Positions 27,815-40,760 of a stretch of 64,000 bases of DNA are shown here, piece by piece. This stretch comes from Eledone cirrhosa (taxonomy: Eukaryota): assembly GCA_964016885.1 (NCBI GenBank), contig OZ024752.1, positions 14,074,001 through 14,138,000 of the forward strand. Reading direction: 5' to 3'. Position 1 is the stretch's first letter. Every line of letters starts with the position of its first letter. The position numbers and the translations under genes are program-made. Below the pieces are notes generated by a model, which was not told where the DNA came from, did no database searches, and saw nothing but the letters and a program-made list of their open reading frames with translations.

Positions 27815-29547
27815 ATCCTAAAATAATTAATTTATCTAAAAGAGATCTTGACAATGATGAAATGCAAATTCTGTCAAAAGGACTGAAATTCACACCGACT
27901 CCAACAGTCAACCACCAAGAACTGAAGGAGGATACCCAAGAATTCTGTCGAAAATTACGTCTTGTAGAATTCTTCGCTGATAAAAATAATGAGAGTGATG
28001 AATCACTAGTAAAGAATAAATCAAATTTCACTCCGCCAAAAGGAAGAAATATCTATCTCGACCAATACATTGACATCCTGTCTAAATTTCCTCTTAGACA
28101 TAATACTAATGTTAGGCCAAACATTAACAAATCAGAAATGTCTGCACTTAAACGTATACAAAATGACAAAACAATAATAATTAAACAAGCAGATAAAGGG
28201 GGTGCAGTTGTTATAATGGATACTGAATACTACAAGGATTTGGTTGAGGAACAACTGAAAGACACAACATTCTATCATGAAATACCGTCAAATATAGACC
28301 ACAACATCATGAAGAAGATCAACAACCTGGCTTCAAAATACCACAACTCATTTACTGATAAGGAAAGAGACTACATCACCAATTTTGAGCCGAAACCCAG
28401 CAACCTGTATGGCCTACCGAAAGTTCACAAGTCAAAAGAAATACAACTGGCAGTAAGAGAACAAAACAGTGAGTACATTAAATTATTACACCTAAAAGAC
28501 TTAAAACTTAGACCTATTATAGCTGGTCCAACATGCCCCACTCACCGTCTAAGCAATTTTGTTGACATTATTTTGAAACCACTATGTATTCACATACCCA
28601 GTTTCATCCGGGATGATATCGACTTCCTGTCCCATCTTCCCAAAACCACGGAAACGAATTCACTTCTACTCAGTTTTGATGTGGTAAGCCTTTACACCAA
28701 CATTACACATGATTTAGGAATAAAGGCGGTTAAATACTGGGTGGAAAAACAGAGAGAAGTGATTCCCATTAGATTCACAGCGCCATTTATATTAGACGCA
28801 GTTAAACTTATTCTGGAAAACAACACTTTCTTCGTCAATGGAAAGAATTACATCCAAATTAGAGGCACAGCGATGGGAACGAAGTTTGCTCCCGTTTACG
28901 CGAACTCTGTAATGGGATACTTAGAACAACAACTCTACCAAGAAATAGAGGAAAAATATAGTACTGATTTTAGAAAGTACATTGAAAAATCTTGGAAGAG
29001 ATACCTTGACGACTGTTTCATCATCTGGACAGAATCTCTAGATACTCTGGATGAGTTCAATATCCTCCTGAATAACCTACACCCATCTCTCCAATTCACA
29101 AAAGAGATGAGTAGGACCAAATTACCATTCCCAGATATAATGATAATCAAAAACGACACCACCATTACCACGGATATATATTATAAACACACAGACACCC
29201 ATCAATATCTGAATTTTAAGTCGTGCCATCCACCTCATACAAAACGCAACATCCCATACTGCCTAGCCAGAAGAATTTGTACCATTGTAGAAGATACGAA
29301 TACCAGGTACAAACGCCTAACAGAACTAAGAGAATTTTTGCTCAAACAAAAATACCCATCTCTACTTATAGAAAATGGCATACAGCGGGCTATAAAAATA
29401 CCTATACAACAACTTAGGAAGAAGAAACCAACAACAAGGAAGAAGAAACCAAGAATTGGTCATACCATTTATAATGACACACAACCCATGTCACCAGAAT
29501 ATATTCAACACTGCCAAAGCAAACCTACCGATCATTGCTCAAAGTAA
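27721..29547 (+). CDS. PLE reverse transcriptase (frame open from 27721; first ATG 27862)
   Basis: IINLS..LSKGLKF, ADKG, YGLPKVHK, FDVVSLYTNI, GTAMG, RYLDD, YYKHTD; leaves the natural frame near 29417. Confidence 0.93.
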   Translation, partial: TEKNSFFNVRTTKTGKRKTPGGNIPKTAVHVDPKIINLSKRDLDNDEMQILSKGLKFTPTPTVNHQELKEDTQEFCRKLRLVEFFADKNNESDESLVKNKSNFTPPKGRNIYLDQYIDILSKFPLRHNTNVRPNINKSEMSALKRIQNDKTIIIKQADKGGAVVIMDTEYYKDLVEEQLKDTTFYHEIPSNIDHNIMKKINNLASKYHNSFTDKERDYITNFEPKPSNLYGLPKVHKSKEIQLAVREQNSEYIKLLHLKDLKLRPIIAGPTCPTHRLSNFVDIILKPLCIHIPSFIRDDIDFLSHLPKTTETNSLLLSFDVVSLYTNITHDLGIKAVKYWVEKQREVIPIRFTAPFILDAVKLILENNTFFVNGKNYIQIRGTAMGTKFAPVYANSVMGYLEQQLYQEIEEKYSTDFRKYIEKSWKRYLDDCFIIWTESLDTLDEFNILLNNLHPSLQFTKEMSRTKLPFPDIMIIKNDTTITTDIYYKHTDTHQYLNFKSCHPPHTKRNIPYCLARRICTIVEDTNTRYKRLTELREFLLKQKYPSLLIENGIQRAIKIPIQQLRKKKPTTRKKKPRIGHTIYNDTQPMSPEYIQHCQSKPTDHCSK

Positions 29548-30058
29548 TGAATTAAAAGGCTTAATCACAGATCGATCTTTGACTCTTAGTAAAAGACAGC
29601 CAAAAAATTTGAAGCAATTGCTAACAAAAGCAAAGTTTGACCTTAACAACAAAGACCAATCATTCACTGTATCTAAATGCAATGATAATCGATGCGGCAC
29701 ATGTCAATCCATACACGCCGGTCAATATATGAAAACAAAAACTGGAAAAATATTCACAAATGCAAATATGAACTACAAAAGCAGAAATCTAATTTACTGC
29801 ATTAAATGCCCGAATTGTGAAGAACTATATGTCGGTCAAACTGGAAATGCACTATCGGAACGTGCACGGGTACACCGTCAACAAATCAGAGACCCAAATG
29901 TCCGTCAGATACCCCTAAGCGGCCACCTGGCAACATGTGGTCAGGGAATATTTATAATATTCCCATTCTACAAATTACACAGCCCAAGTGAAATCAAGAG
30001 AAAAATCAAAGAAAAGAATGTTATTGATAAATTCAAACCCAAGCTAAATGAACAATAA
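29435..30058 (+). pseudogene. PLE Zn-linker plus GIY-YIG endonuclease, separated from RT by a +10-nt frameshift
   Basis: CNDNRCGTC, NLIYCIKCPNCEELYVGQT..R..H; in frame with RT in the inverted copy at about 3690-3730. Confidence 0.88.
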
Positions 30059-30433
30059 TAACGCCTAGGGGTATTACTTCTACTACCACTATGACCACGA
30101 CCACTAACAACAACAACAACAACAATAATAATAATAATAAAAGTGATGTTGATGGTGATGATTAATAGAAAATGCTATTTTCATCATTTCAAAAAAGCAA
30201 AACAATTGATACGTTGGATATGACTATTGGTCGTTAGCATGCTCAACCAGCCGTGACGCTTAAACCAATCAGCTGTAGTAATTCAGTGAAACTACACACT
30301 GATTGGTCGAAATACAGTTTACAGGGCTTTGTATTCTGGAGCCACTTTTCTCTGTATAAAATGTATAAAAGGTAGGAAATTTACCCATCTCATTACAGTT
30401 GAAAATTGCAAACTCGACTGTCACCACATATCA

Positions 30434-30472
30434 TGAACCTGAAGATTGCGAAAGCATGAAAGTACTTGTTCA
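30434..30472 (+). ncRNA. Minimal type I hammerhead of the PLE A 3'UTR
   Basis: Identical to 6346-6384. Confidence 0.75.
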
Positions 30473-30644
30473 ATTAACACTTAGAATTTAATATTCTATC
30501 ATACTATTTCATTATAATACCATTTTATATATATTTTAAAAGATTGTAAATAAAACGAGTAAATCAGACAAAGTTGGAATTCCTCTTATTAATATAATCT
30601 TCTATACACAATCATACACACCCGTGTATATTTACCTATCTATA

Positions 30645-30686
<42 letters not shown>

Positions 30687-30853
30687 CAAACAAAAAAAAA
30701 TTATTGTCATTTTGCAAAAAAAACACAGTAGTGTTGATCATATATTTTTAAAAATTATAATGTAATGCTCAGAAGTTATTTCTTAGAGCTTAATATTTGT
30801 AACTGACTACTAAACTGAAATATGTATATACATATATGTATATATATATGGTA

Positions 30854-31748
30854 AGTTAAAAGTGTACATCCACATATGTATACTGAAATACTAGTATGCA
30901 TATAAATACACACACGTATACATATGTACATGTACCGAGTTTTTCACTGGACACTTTACTGATGTAATAACATCGAATCTAGTCCAATATTCCTGTCTGG
31001 CTCTCTGGAGAATAGAGGAAAGGTGTTTCCTTGAAAACCAGTATGATTCTAAAAACCGGTTTGTCTGTTTGGTTACATACAGACTAGCTGGACACTCACA
31101 GTAAAGTGTCCAGTGAAAAACTCGGTACATGTACATATGTATACGTGTGTGTATTTATATGCATACTAGTATTTCAGTATACATATGTGGATGTACACTT
31201 TTAACTTAATTGTTTAAGCGTCAGTCAAACAAAAGTGAGTTACAAACGAAACGAAATTTAATTTCGTTTCGTTATTTGTTTTTATCGTTTCCGCTGAACC
31301 GGTGCGCACTCACGCTCTATGCAAATTAGTCTGCCCACTACTAATTTTCATAGAAAAAGCATATAACGATATGTGCTTTTATGATTCTCTAGAGAGGCCG
31401 GAAGATGGGTTATATTGCTGATGAGATGTAATAACAACGAAACTAGTCCAATATTCCTGTCTGGCTCTCTGGAGAATAGAGGAAAGGTGTTTCCTTGAAA
31501 ACCAGTATGACTCTAAAAACCGGTTTGTCTGTTTGGTTACATACAGACTAGCTGGACACTCACAGTAAAGTGTCCAGTGAAAAACTCGGTACATGTACAT
31601 ATGTATGCGTGTGTGTATTTATATGTATACTAGTATTTCAGTATACATATGTGGATGTACACTTTTAACTTAATTGTTTAAGCGTCAGTCATACAAAAGT
31701 GAGTTACAAACGAAACGAAATTTAATTTCGTTTCGTTATTTGTTTTTA
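30854..31748. mobile_element. HHR element, 464-bp unit x1.7 with a short inverted 5' arm
   Basis: 30961 recurs at 31425; 30854-30961 is the reverse complement of about 31099-31208. Confidence 0.85.
31412..31454 (+). ncRNA. Minimal type I hammerhead
   Basis: ATATTG-CTGATGA-GATGT AATA ACAAC-GAAA-CTAG-TC-CAATAT. Confidence 0.85.
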
Positions 31749-31758
31749 TATATATATG

Positions 31759-31791
<33 letters not shown>

Positions 31792-31792
31792 G

Positions 31793-31823
<31 letters not shown>

Positions 31824-31871
31824 GTATATATATATATGTATATATATATGTATATATATATATATGTATAG

Positions 31872-31946
<75 letters not shown>

Positions 31947-31971
31947 TACACTGTACGTCTGTATATGTATA

Positions 31972-32019
<48 letters not shown>

Positions 32020-32050
32020 CTGTACGTCTGTATATCTATGCATATATATG

Positions 32051-32084
<34 letters not shown>

Positions 32085-32156
32085 CTATACATCTGTATAT
32101 CTATGTATATATATGTATATATATATGGTACGTCTGTATATATATGTATATATATG

Positions 32157-32192
<36 letters not shown>

Positions 32193-32425
32193 CTATACGT
32201 CTGTATATCTATGTATATATATGTATATATATATATATATAGTACGTCTGTATATCTATGTATATACATGTATATATATGGAACGTCTGTGTATATATGT
32301 ATATACATATATACTGTACGTCTGTATATATATATGTATGTATATATAGTGTACGTCTGTATATATATATATATATATATGTATGTATATATACTGCACG
32401 TCTGTATATATAAATATACTGTACG

Positions 32426-32473
<48 letters not shown>

Positions 32474-32558
32474 CTGTACATCTGTATATATATATGTATA
32501 TATATACTGTACGTCTGTATATATATATATATATGTATGTATATATAATGTACGTCTG

Positions 32559-32596
<38 letters not shown>

Positions 32597-32620
32597 CTGT
32601 ACGTCTGTATACATATATGC
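31749..32620. repeat. (TA)n tract with reiterated CTGTACGTCTG motif
   Basis: More than ten copies or variants of the motif separated by variable TA runs. Confidence 0.95.
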
Positions 32621-33115
32621 ATGTATGTATACATACATACTTACATTTACGTATCAGACGTACTAAGAGTGAGAAATTAAATTTCCTTTCTTTCGTTTTC
32701 GGTGCGCCCGGCCGACTAACTCACTCGATATGCAAACTAGGCTGCTCAGCCGTTAATATGCATAAGGAAAGTATATACTTTCAGACGTTCAATCATCTGA
32801 CAGGAAGGTATACGATGCTGACGATAGCTAAACAGCTTGAGACTAGTACATCTTTCCTGTGTCAATGTTGAACAAAAAGGTGACGATGGTTGCCTGAACA
32901 CTGTACCGCGTAATAAGGCTGTCTGTTTACAAACAAACAGAACATTATAATAAATGTTCGGTAAACCCATACGTACATATATATATGTGTGCATGTATGT
33001 ATATATACATACTACTGTACGTCTGTATACATATATGTATGTACGTATACATACATACTTACATTTAAGTATCAGGCGTACTAAGATTTAGAAATGAAAT
33101 ATCGTTTCATTCTTT
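32595..33115 (+). mobile_element. HHR element (partial tandem), same family as 56363-57066; HHR 32814-32852 has GAAA>GAGA
   Basis: GATG-CTGACGA-T AGCT AAAC AGCT T-GAGA-CTAG-TA-CATC; terminal segment repeated at about 33012-33087. Confidence 0.75.
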
Positions 33116-33116
33116 T

Positions 33117-33155
<39 letters not shown>

Positions 33156-33158
<3 letters not shown>

Positions 33159-33860
33159 CAGAATAACCAAAGTTATGTTGAAACAATTTATTGCTGACAA
33201 TCGTTTCTTTAAAACTTTCGTTTGGTTTCTTCAGATTACTAGCAAAGTTTAGACATATAATTAACATGCCATTCCTCAGTACAATCGCCAAGATAAGTAG
33301 ATGTTAGTGTTGTCATTAGCAGTGTCTTATTTAAAGAGTGAAGATGATGTGGTCAGTATCAGTGGATTATAAAAAGAATAATACAACAATTATAGAGGAA
33401 TAAGAGAAGAAAGTTACTCGCAAAACGAGGAGATTAGCAGCACATATGCAAGCGTACAGAAATAGTGCATATGTTTTAGTCATGTACAGAATAACCAGGT
33501 AAGAAACAAGCAATGGTACTAAGCATATATATCACAGTATGGCAAAGGTATCATATAATACAATACAGGTATAAAAGCATATTAAGCAGACAGAGATGCG
33601 TGGGTATGAAAAGCAGTTTCTATGAAGTTTATGGTGGATGTAGTGTGATCATTGTTCTGGTAATGTTCAAATGTACATGTGTTGTGAGTATGAATATTCA
33701 GGTTTACCTTCCCATTACATTAGTTATATTTTAGTAAATGTTTATTAGTAGCTATAACTGTAGATTGTATATTGGTCCAATTACAATCTTATGGAGGGTT
33801 CGATTTGTTATGGAGTGATCTGTCTAACGGTTTAATTTGAGGAAGTGATTACAGATCTCT
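33156..33860 (-). mobile_element. PLE family C 3'UTR copy with degenerate HHR at 33192-33238
   Basis: Aligns by eye to 43215-43945. Confidence 0.7.
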
Positions 33861-33899
33861 AATCACTTAAAAATACAGATATAAATATATATTTAGACA

Positions 33900-34086
33900 T
33901 CCAATACAATGGGAGGAAACATAATATTTCCACTGGTGATGTTGCAGATGTGCAACGAAAGAACACTGTTCAATCAATGATAAACATTGATTATCGAATA
34001 AATTAATTCTGGATATATAAAAGATACAGAAGCAAAATCCAACCAAACAGTGAGTGTGTTCTGTTATTATTTCTGTCAATATATTA
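33900..34086 (+). mobile_element. PLE family B 3'UTR fragment with degenerate HHR (CTGGTGA)
   Basis: Matches 9715-9950 and 61615-61856. Confidence 0.65.
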
Positions 34087-34877
34087 GAACGATACATATA
34101 TGTGTGTATATCTGTATATATATGAAGACGAAGTTTTCTGTATGTGTGTGTATGTGTGTGTGGACAATGTTTAATGAGGGCTCATATATTCTAAACCATT
34201 CCTGCGATTTCTTTGAACATTTTCTATAGAGCTTCTCCTCATGCAAAACCTGTACATGACCTACAAAGGCTTTCAAAAATCGATATTGCGGCTTTGGAAA
34301 TATTAAAAAAGTTTCGGTTATTTCTGTCAATTTTCGTGATTAAGTAAGACAAGAGTTATCTTTAAGTAAGTCAAAAGTTATCTTTCGTAATTCGTCTCAT
34401 TCGGATTTTTATTTACTCTTTGTACTTGAAACAAAAGGTACGCTTCCTTGAGACTAACAATATCATATTGTATATTTAACAACCAGCAATTTCTAACAGA
34501 TTACTAAGTAAAGTTATAGATTTGACATTGTATAATTTATCGTTTCAAGCTTCATGTTCATACATTAAGTGATGTCATAGCTTTTACAATATTATGCTTT
34601 GTACATAATAGTGTCTATTATTAACTTCACTTCATTGATTTCATGATTCGCTATTACTGTTGTCAAAACAATTTATACCTAGACTGGATTTCTGTGGTTA
34701 CATGGTATAACGGATGACACCAAGCTCACTATTAATTATTTCGCTGGAATAGTGCCTAAGGTTTTCATGTTTACATAAAGTCAGTTTTTCTTCTCTGTAT
34801 TCAAATTTAATTTGTTTAGTTTAATGAGCTACATGAAAAGCTATTTGAACCGTCCAAAGGACGGGTAGTTTAGCTGG

Positions 34878-34930
<53 letters not shown>

Positions 34931-35432
34931 GTGTGTGGGTGTGTGTATGTGTGTGTATATATGCATATATGCATATATGTATAACTGTATGTATGCATAT
35001 ATGTATATGTGTATATACATATGTGTATGTATACATGTGTAAGTATATACACATATGTATGTATATATATGTAAGTATATACATATATTTATGTATATAT
35101 ATATATATATATATATATGAATATATATATATATACATATATGTATATGTATATACATAAATGTATATATATATATATATACATGTATGTGTATATACAT
35201 ACACATATATGTATATATATATATATATATACATAAATGTATATATATATATACATGTATGTGTATATATATATATCTTTGTGTATATTTTTGTATACAT
35301 ATATGTATATATATATATTTGTATTTATATACATATGTATATATACATACATATGTGTGTATATATGTGTATATATATATGTATATGTGTGTGTATATGT
35401 ATCTATCTGTGTATATGAATCTATCTATCTAT

Positions 35433-36575
35433 CTAGGGCGGGGGAATTCTAGAGATCCATGGACAAGTTCTCTCCAGCGGTCTCTGTCCCTCATTATCGC
35501 TACCATGTCCTGCGTCTCCAACAGACCAGTGTTTGTCCTTAGGGCATGAACATATGTTAACCTCGGTCTTCCTCTTCCAGTGTATCCATGCAGGGGCTCC
35601 AAACGGATGTCGGTGAGCATGTCCAGCTAACCTCAGTCTCCTCTGTGTCATTGTTGAGCTGACTTTTGGGAGGCTCCCATACAGCTCTGAGATTTTCATC
35701 CTCAGTGTATACTGATTAATGTTCAGAGCCATCATCAGCATTCTCGTGTAGCTTCCATCCACCAACTCCCGTATTCCCAATTTTTGCTCCCAAATACAGG
35801 AAGTCCTTAACCAATTCTAGCGGCTTCCCGCCTACATTATTAATCCCCTTTGGCTTCTCAACATTCTCTACCAGATATTTTGTCTTAGTCTCATTCATTC
35901 TCAGCCCCACACTCATCGACACAGTCTCAACCCCCTGCATTAAATCCTCTGCTTCCTTCACTGTATTTGTCACCAAAACTATGTCGTTGGCAAATTATGC
36001 ATCAGATCTCTTTTTCGCCTTACTTCTCCTGTTCTCAGCCGGTGTTACAGTAAATCCAGTGATATTTCCCCAGTGCAAGGCGCATACAATAGTCCACTAC
36101 GATGATAAAAAGGTAGGGAGCCAATGTTTCTCTCTGGAGCATTCCAGCCAGTATCTCAAAGAACTCTGTCATCCCATCAGATGTAATGACTTGGGCTTTG
36201 GTGCTGGTGTAGAGCAGTGATATCAGGTCCACTATCTTCTTGGATATTCCATAAGCCTGTAATATCTTCATCAGGCAGTGATGGTCCACATAATCAAATG
36301 CCTTCCTATAGTCAATGAAAGCCATGACCGCAGGAAGGCACTTTTCTCTCGCTCATTCTAATATCCTCCTCAGCATCAGGATGTGACTGTTGGTTGATCT
36401 TCCCTCTCTGAAGCCGTTCTGGTTGCCCCTGAGCTTCTTCTCCATCTCGGGCTGGATCCTGTTAAGAATTATCCTGTTGAGGATCTTTGTGCCGTCAGGG
36501 AGATCCCCCTGTGGTTGTTGGTGTTAGAGAGATCTCCCTTCTTTGGCACTGGGGCGATGTTACTGATCCTCCATG
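35433..36575 (-). pseudogene. Decayed RTE-clade LINE RT and 3' end
   Basis: FIDYRKAFD, LQRETLAPYLFIIVVDY, FLYLG, QRRLRLAGH, RGRPRLTYV; many frameshifts; flanked by microsatellite 34878-35432. Confidence 0.85.
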
Positions 36576-36849
36576 TAGGAAATTTACGTTTAAGTTGGTG
36601 AACTTTTTATAGATACCTGTACCCTTGATGTGATACTTTAGGAACTTCAACGTTTCACATATCTTGTGAGATTGCTTGTATTTTGAGTTATATTTCCAAT
36701 TAATTTTGCCCCTTTGAGGGGAGGGGGGATGGAATACAAAGAGCAAATATAATGTCGAGAAATGAGTGGTTTATAAATATTAATAAACTAATATATTAAT
36801 GCATATTGGAGTTAACATGTTGTAAGCAATAGTTGTTAGCCATATGGAA

Positions 36850-37035
36850 TACAACGTTCTTTCTGTTCTTCTCACTTTTGTCGCTCACTTATTCCTGGGA
36901 GCGACATGGGGACAGAGCCCCGAAGCACACATTCCAGCGGGTCCTGTCAGTAGCGTTCGTCTCCATTTTATTCGGCTTAATGCCCAACCGAGACCAGCTG
37001 AGTTCATGGACGTTATCCAACCATAGGGATACAAT
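36850..37035 (-). mobile_element. RTE-like LINE 3' fragment
   Basis: Reverse complement CTCCCAGGAATAAGTG matches the tail at 47409. Confidence 0.45.
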
Positions 37036-37349
37036 ATTCTCTGCAGAGCTGTTCTGCTAGGGAACAGGTCGCAAGCGACGGGCTATGCTATGGCCATGAG
37101 TGTTAGTTTTCATAAAAGCAGGCCCTTGTCGGATGAATAAGCAACGCCGGACTATCAGCCGTAAAATAATAGGGGAGATTCGACAATGGGTGACATCGTT
37201 AGCTCCCTAGATAACCTTGACACCCTAACGAACTAGCTATGACGAAGCGAATAATGGCGACATGTCTAAAAAATCCTAGACATTACGTGTCTGAGAAAAG
37301 TACCAAATTGGTGACTCATGCAATCAGATTATATATATATATATATATA

Positions 37350-37808
37350 TATTAATAATATTTGAAATATTACATTTATTGTATTCAGCCATATAGAGTG
37401 ATAACTAATTGTTAGTTATTTGAATATGGCAAAGCCGGACATTAATCGCTTCTATACGTGAAACAGACTGGTCAATCTGCTGATATGCAAATCTGGCTGG
37501 TCAGTGGATCTGCTAATATGCAGATCTGACTGATCAGCTAGTCTGCTAATATGCAAATCAGGTCGATCAGTTACTATATATTTTAGTAAATATCATACAT
37601 TTTCACTAGCTCTGGCAGGTAAGCAGTAAACTGCACTGAAGAAGGGTAATCACCCAGAAATATTAGTGTCTGCAGTTCCATTTCCATGCCAACGCAAGAG
37701 CGAGAATGGGGGGCTCATTCTACTGACATGGCTTATAAAAGAGGCTTGTGTGCATAATTGCAAACGAATCAAATATTATTATTAATATTTGAAAAAACTC
37801 AGATTACA

Positions 37809-37812
<4 letters not shown>
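37350..37812 (+). mobile_element. HHR element with 33-bp octamer-like subrepeats
   Basis: Homologous to 44710-45135. Confidence 0.75.
37629..37677 (+). ncRNA. Type I hammerhead
   Basis: AACTGCA-CTGAAGA-A GGGT AATC ACCC A-GAAA-TATTAGTG-TC-TGCAGTT; 7-bp stem I. Confidence 0.8.
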
Positions 37813-37896
<84 letters not shown>

Positions 37897-38821
37897 CAGA
37901 ATAAATGGAGGAGAAGGCAATACATTCAAAATAAACTTTGCATATTACACGGTGTTTCATCAATTTAAAATCAAAATAAGAGTTTACACATATATGTGTG
38001 TACGACCGCTTATACATTACTGTAAGTGATATTTGCATAGAATCATCAGAGAAAAGATATTGTTTATAATGATGTTTCTGGAAAGTTGTCCAAATTATAC
38101 GGCAGCGACCGAACATTATCATTACTGGAATAAATATTCCTTTACAGGAGAGACAAAGATACGTTTCAGTGCATTATTTAGAGCGATAATTTCAATTAGG
38201 TCTAATTTGAAAATTAAAAATGGCGCTTACAAGGGGGCGTAATAATCTAAGAGAAGTAACTATGGTGCATTTATTATTATAACAGGCTAAGTGAGATTGA
38301 TAGAGAAGATGTTAGGTAGTGTGTTTTGGGCTATATAAAACAATATGAAAAAAGATTAATCCAAATAACACACGGAATTACGCATTTCACACAATTTGAT
38401 GCACTATACTTCATATCAGGGATATCTAATGGTAGAATTGGTATGACATAGACAAATAAGGTAAAGTTATTTGATGGGAGGCACTAAAGTTTTATTCTAT
38501 CTAATCACCAATGAATAGACTATAATTGATGACAGATTTTGTTCGGGAAACAGAACACATATGTAAGATTAGAGATATAATGAAGAAAATTATATGTGGC
38601 CTTGCTTAATGAGTAAGTCAATGAAAGTGAGGCAATGTTCATTAATCTTGCTTGACTGTCCAGATGAGCTTTTCCAGGGCTGAATAGTGGGCTGTCTGAG
38701 ATATGAAATTCGGACAGAATCAGACCTGTCAACTCGCTCCGTACGACGGAGAGGTCTCCCTCCCATTATGGAATGGGTGAAATATAATTTCTTTTATGAA
38801 AATTGGTATAACTTTCATTAT

Positions 38822-39005
38822 GTGGATTGGCAGTATCGGTAGAGAGTCGGACGCCATGCTTTCCAGCGTAGTTACGTCTCTTTACGGTCTGAGTTCAAAT
38901 CCCGCCGAGGTTGACTTTGCCTTTCATCCTTACGGGGTCGATAAAATAAAGTACCAGTAATGTACTGGTTAATTGCTGGCCTTGTGCCAAAAGTAGAAAC
39001 AATTA
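38822..39005 (+). mobile_element. tRNA-derived SINE (about 190 bp)
   Basis: A box TGGCAGTATCGG, B box GAGTTCAAATCC, body GCCTTTCATCCTTACGGGGTCGATAAAATAAAGTACCAG. Confidence 0.85.
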
Positions 39006-40039
39006 TGTAAAATCTCCCCATTTTGCTTCATATCTCCCCGTTTCCCGACACATTTTCCATTGAAACAATCGCAAAATTATAATCAAGTTTGCAAATGTAG
39101 AATTTCTTTGTCCAATTTTGAAAAGGTAATTGGGAAAATAAATTTAAAAATGTAAAACTCATTTTATTTCTTTTATATAATATTTTACATCTAATTACAC
39201 TTTCTACCACGCAAGACAAGAGAAACGTTCGTGCAGTACGTATATCACAATTAAGATTAATTAAAATAAACGTGCTTTACAGTTAGAGGTAAATATTCAC
39301 GCATTACATTAGAGTAACCGTAAGGTATATAAGATCATTTATCAACACAAAACGAAATCTTCATCTAATGAAGAAAAGAATTGTATGTATCTTCGTTTAT
39401 ACAGAAATAAGATAATATTCCTCATCTTAAAGAAGCCATAATGTCTATGAACGCTTACAAATGTGATATTTTAATTTATAGGCATGGTTTGTTTTTTCTA
39501 TTAACTACGACTAGGAAATTATGTTCTACTAATCCACAATGCCGAAACAAATTATCAAATACTTTTACTTCGTTTCTGTCCTCCTTCAAAAAAGAGCTAG
39601 AAGCTTCACTCTCCTTATTTATAAAATAACGCATTTCTTCTCTCCTTCAATGAGATGATATTTACTCCGAGAGTATTGTTTAATCTCGTGACACATGCTG
39701 TTATATGTTAATTTCTATTTTACTTTCTTGCGGCAAAGTTTACATTGATGTCAGAATATGGTGATCACGTCTTGACAAGTGACAATGTAAAACAGTAATG
39801 CCTCATCGACTATCAATCTGCTTTTAGATTAATAAATTTGAAGATGGTGTAAATTAGAAGAGTTCCATACGAAAACAATTACACATTTTCTTTCGTATTT
39901 CTCATATCTAGAAGATAAAATATTGCAGATAAGATATAATTTCGTAAAGAATTGGATGTAACTCTATTATAAAATTGAATATAATAAAAGTTTGGTGGAT
40001 GGTTGATAATGTTATATAAATGTATCCGTTTTAATTTGC

Positions 40040-40760
40040 ATTGGCTGTATCGGTAGAGTATCAGGCACCATACATGGCAGCATAGAGTTATGGCCGTTTA
40101 CGTTCTTACTTCACATTCCGGCGAGGTTAGCTTTGCCTGTCGCCCTTACGAGGTGGATAAAATAAAGCAAGCACCAGTCATGCACTGGCGTAATTGATGG
40201 CCTTGTGCCAAAAGTAGAAACAGTTATTACTTCATACATAGAGCACTCGAATGGCAGTATCGGTGGAGCATCAGACACCATGATTTTACATCATAGAGTT
40301 ATGACCCTTTATGTTCTGAGTTCAAATCCCGCCGAGGTTAGCTTTGCCTTTCATCTTTGTGAGGTCGATAAAATAAAGCACCGGTAAGCACTCGGACTGC
40401 TGGCCTTGTGCCTAAACTAGAAACAATTATTAACAAATACATACAATTTCATAAAGCTATTTAGCGTATCGTAACTTGTGTAATTAATAAGGTGAAACAG
40501 TACGTTAATGTTATTTCCTTCCCTCATTTACTTTCATTTCCATATATATAACGTTATTTTGTTTAAATAGGCGGTGGATTGGCAGTATCGGTAGAGAGTC
40601 AGACACCATGCTTTGAAGCATAGAGTTACGTCCCTTTAAGATCTGAGTTCAAATCCCGCCGAGGTTAACTTCGCCTTTCATCCTTACGGGGTCGATAAAA
40701 TAAAGTACCAGTAATGTACTGGTTGATTTTTGGCCTTGTGCATAAAATAGAAACAGTTAT
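40040..40760 (+). mobile_element. Three copies of the same SINE (40040-40227, 40250-40430, 40570-40760)
   Basis: Same A/B boxes and body. Confidence 0.85.

Larger units (their letters stand above)
26761..30650 (+). mobile_element. Penelope-like element family A, longest copy
   Basis: Upstream ORF, RT, GIY-YIG and HHR-bearing 3'UTR between (TA)n tracts. Confidence 0.95.

Noticed and set aside
34076-34330. Possible GIY-YIG C-terminal remnant (..FRIYEPSLN)
   Set aside because: Too degenerate to support
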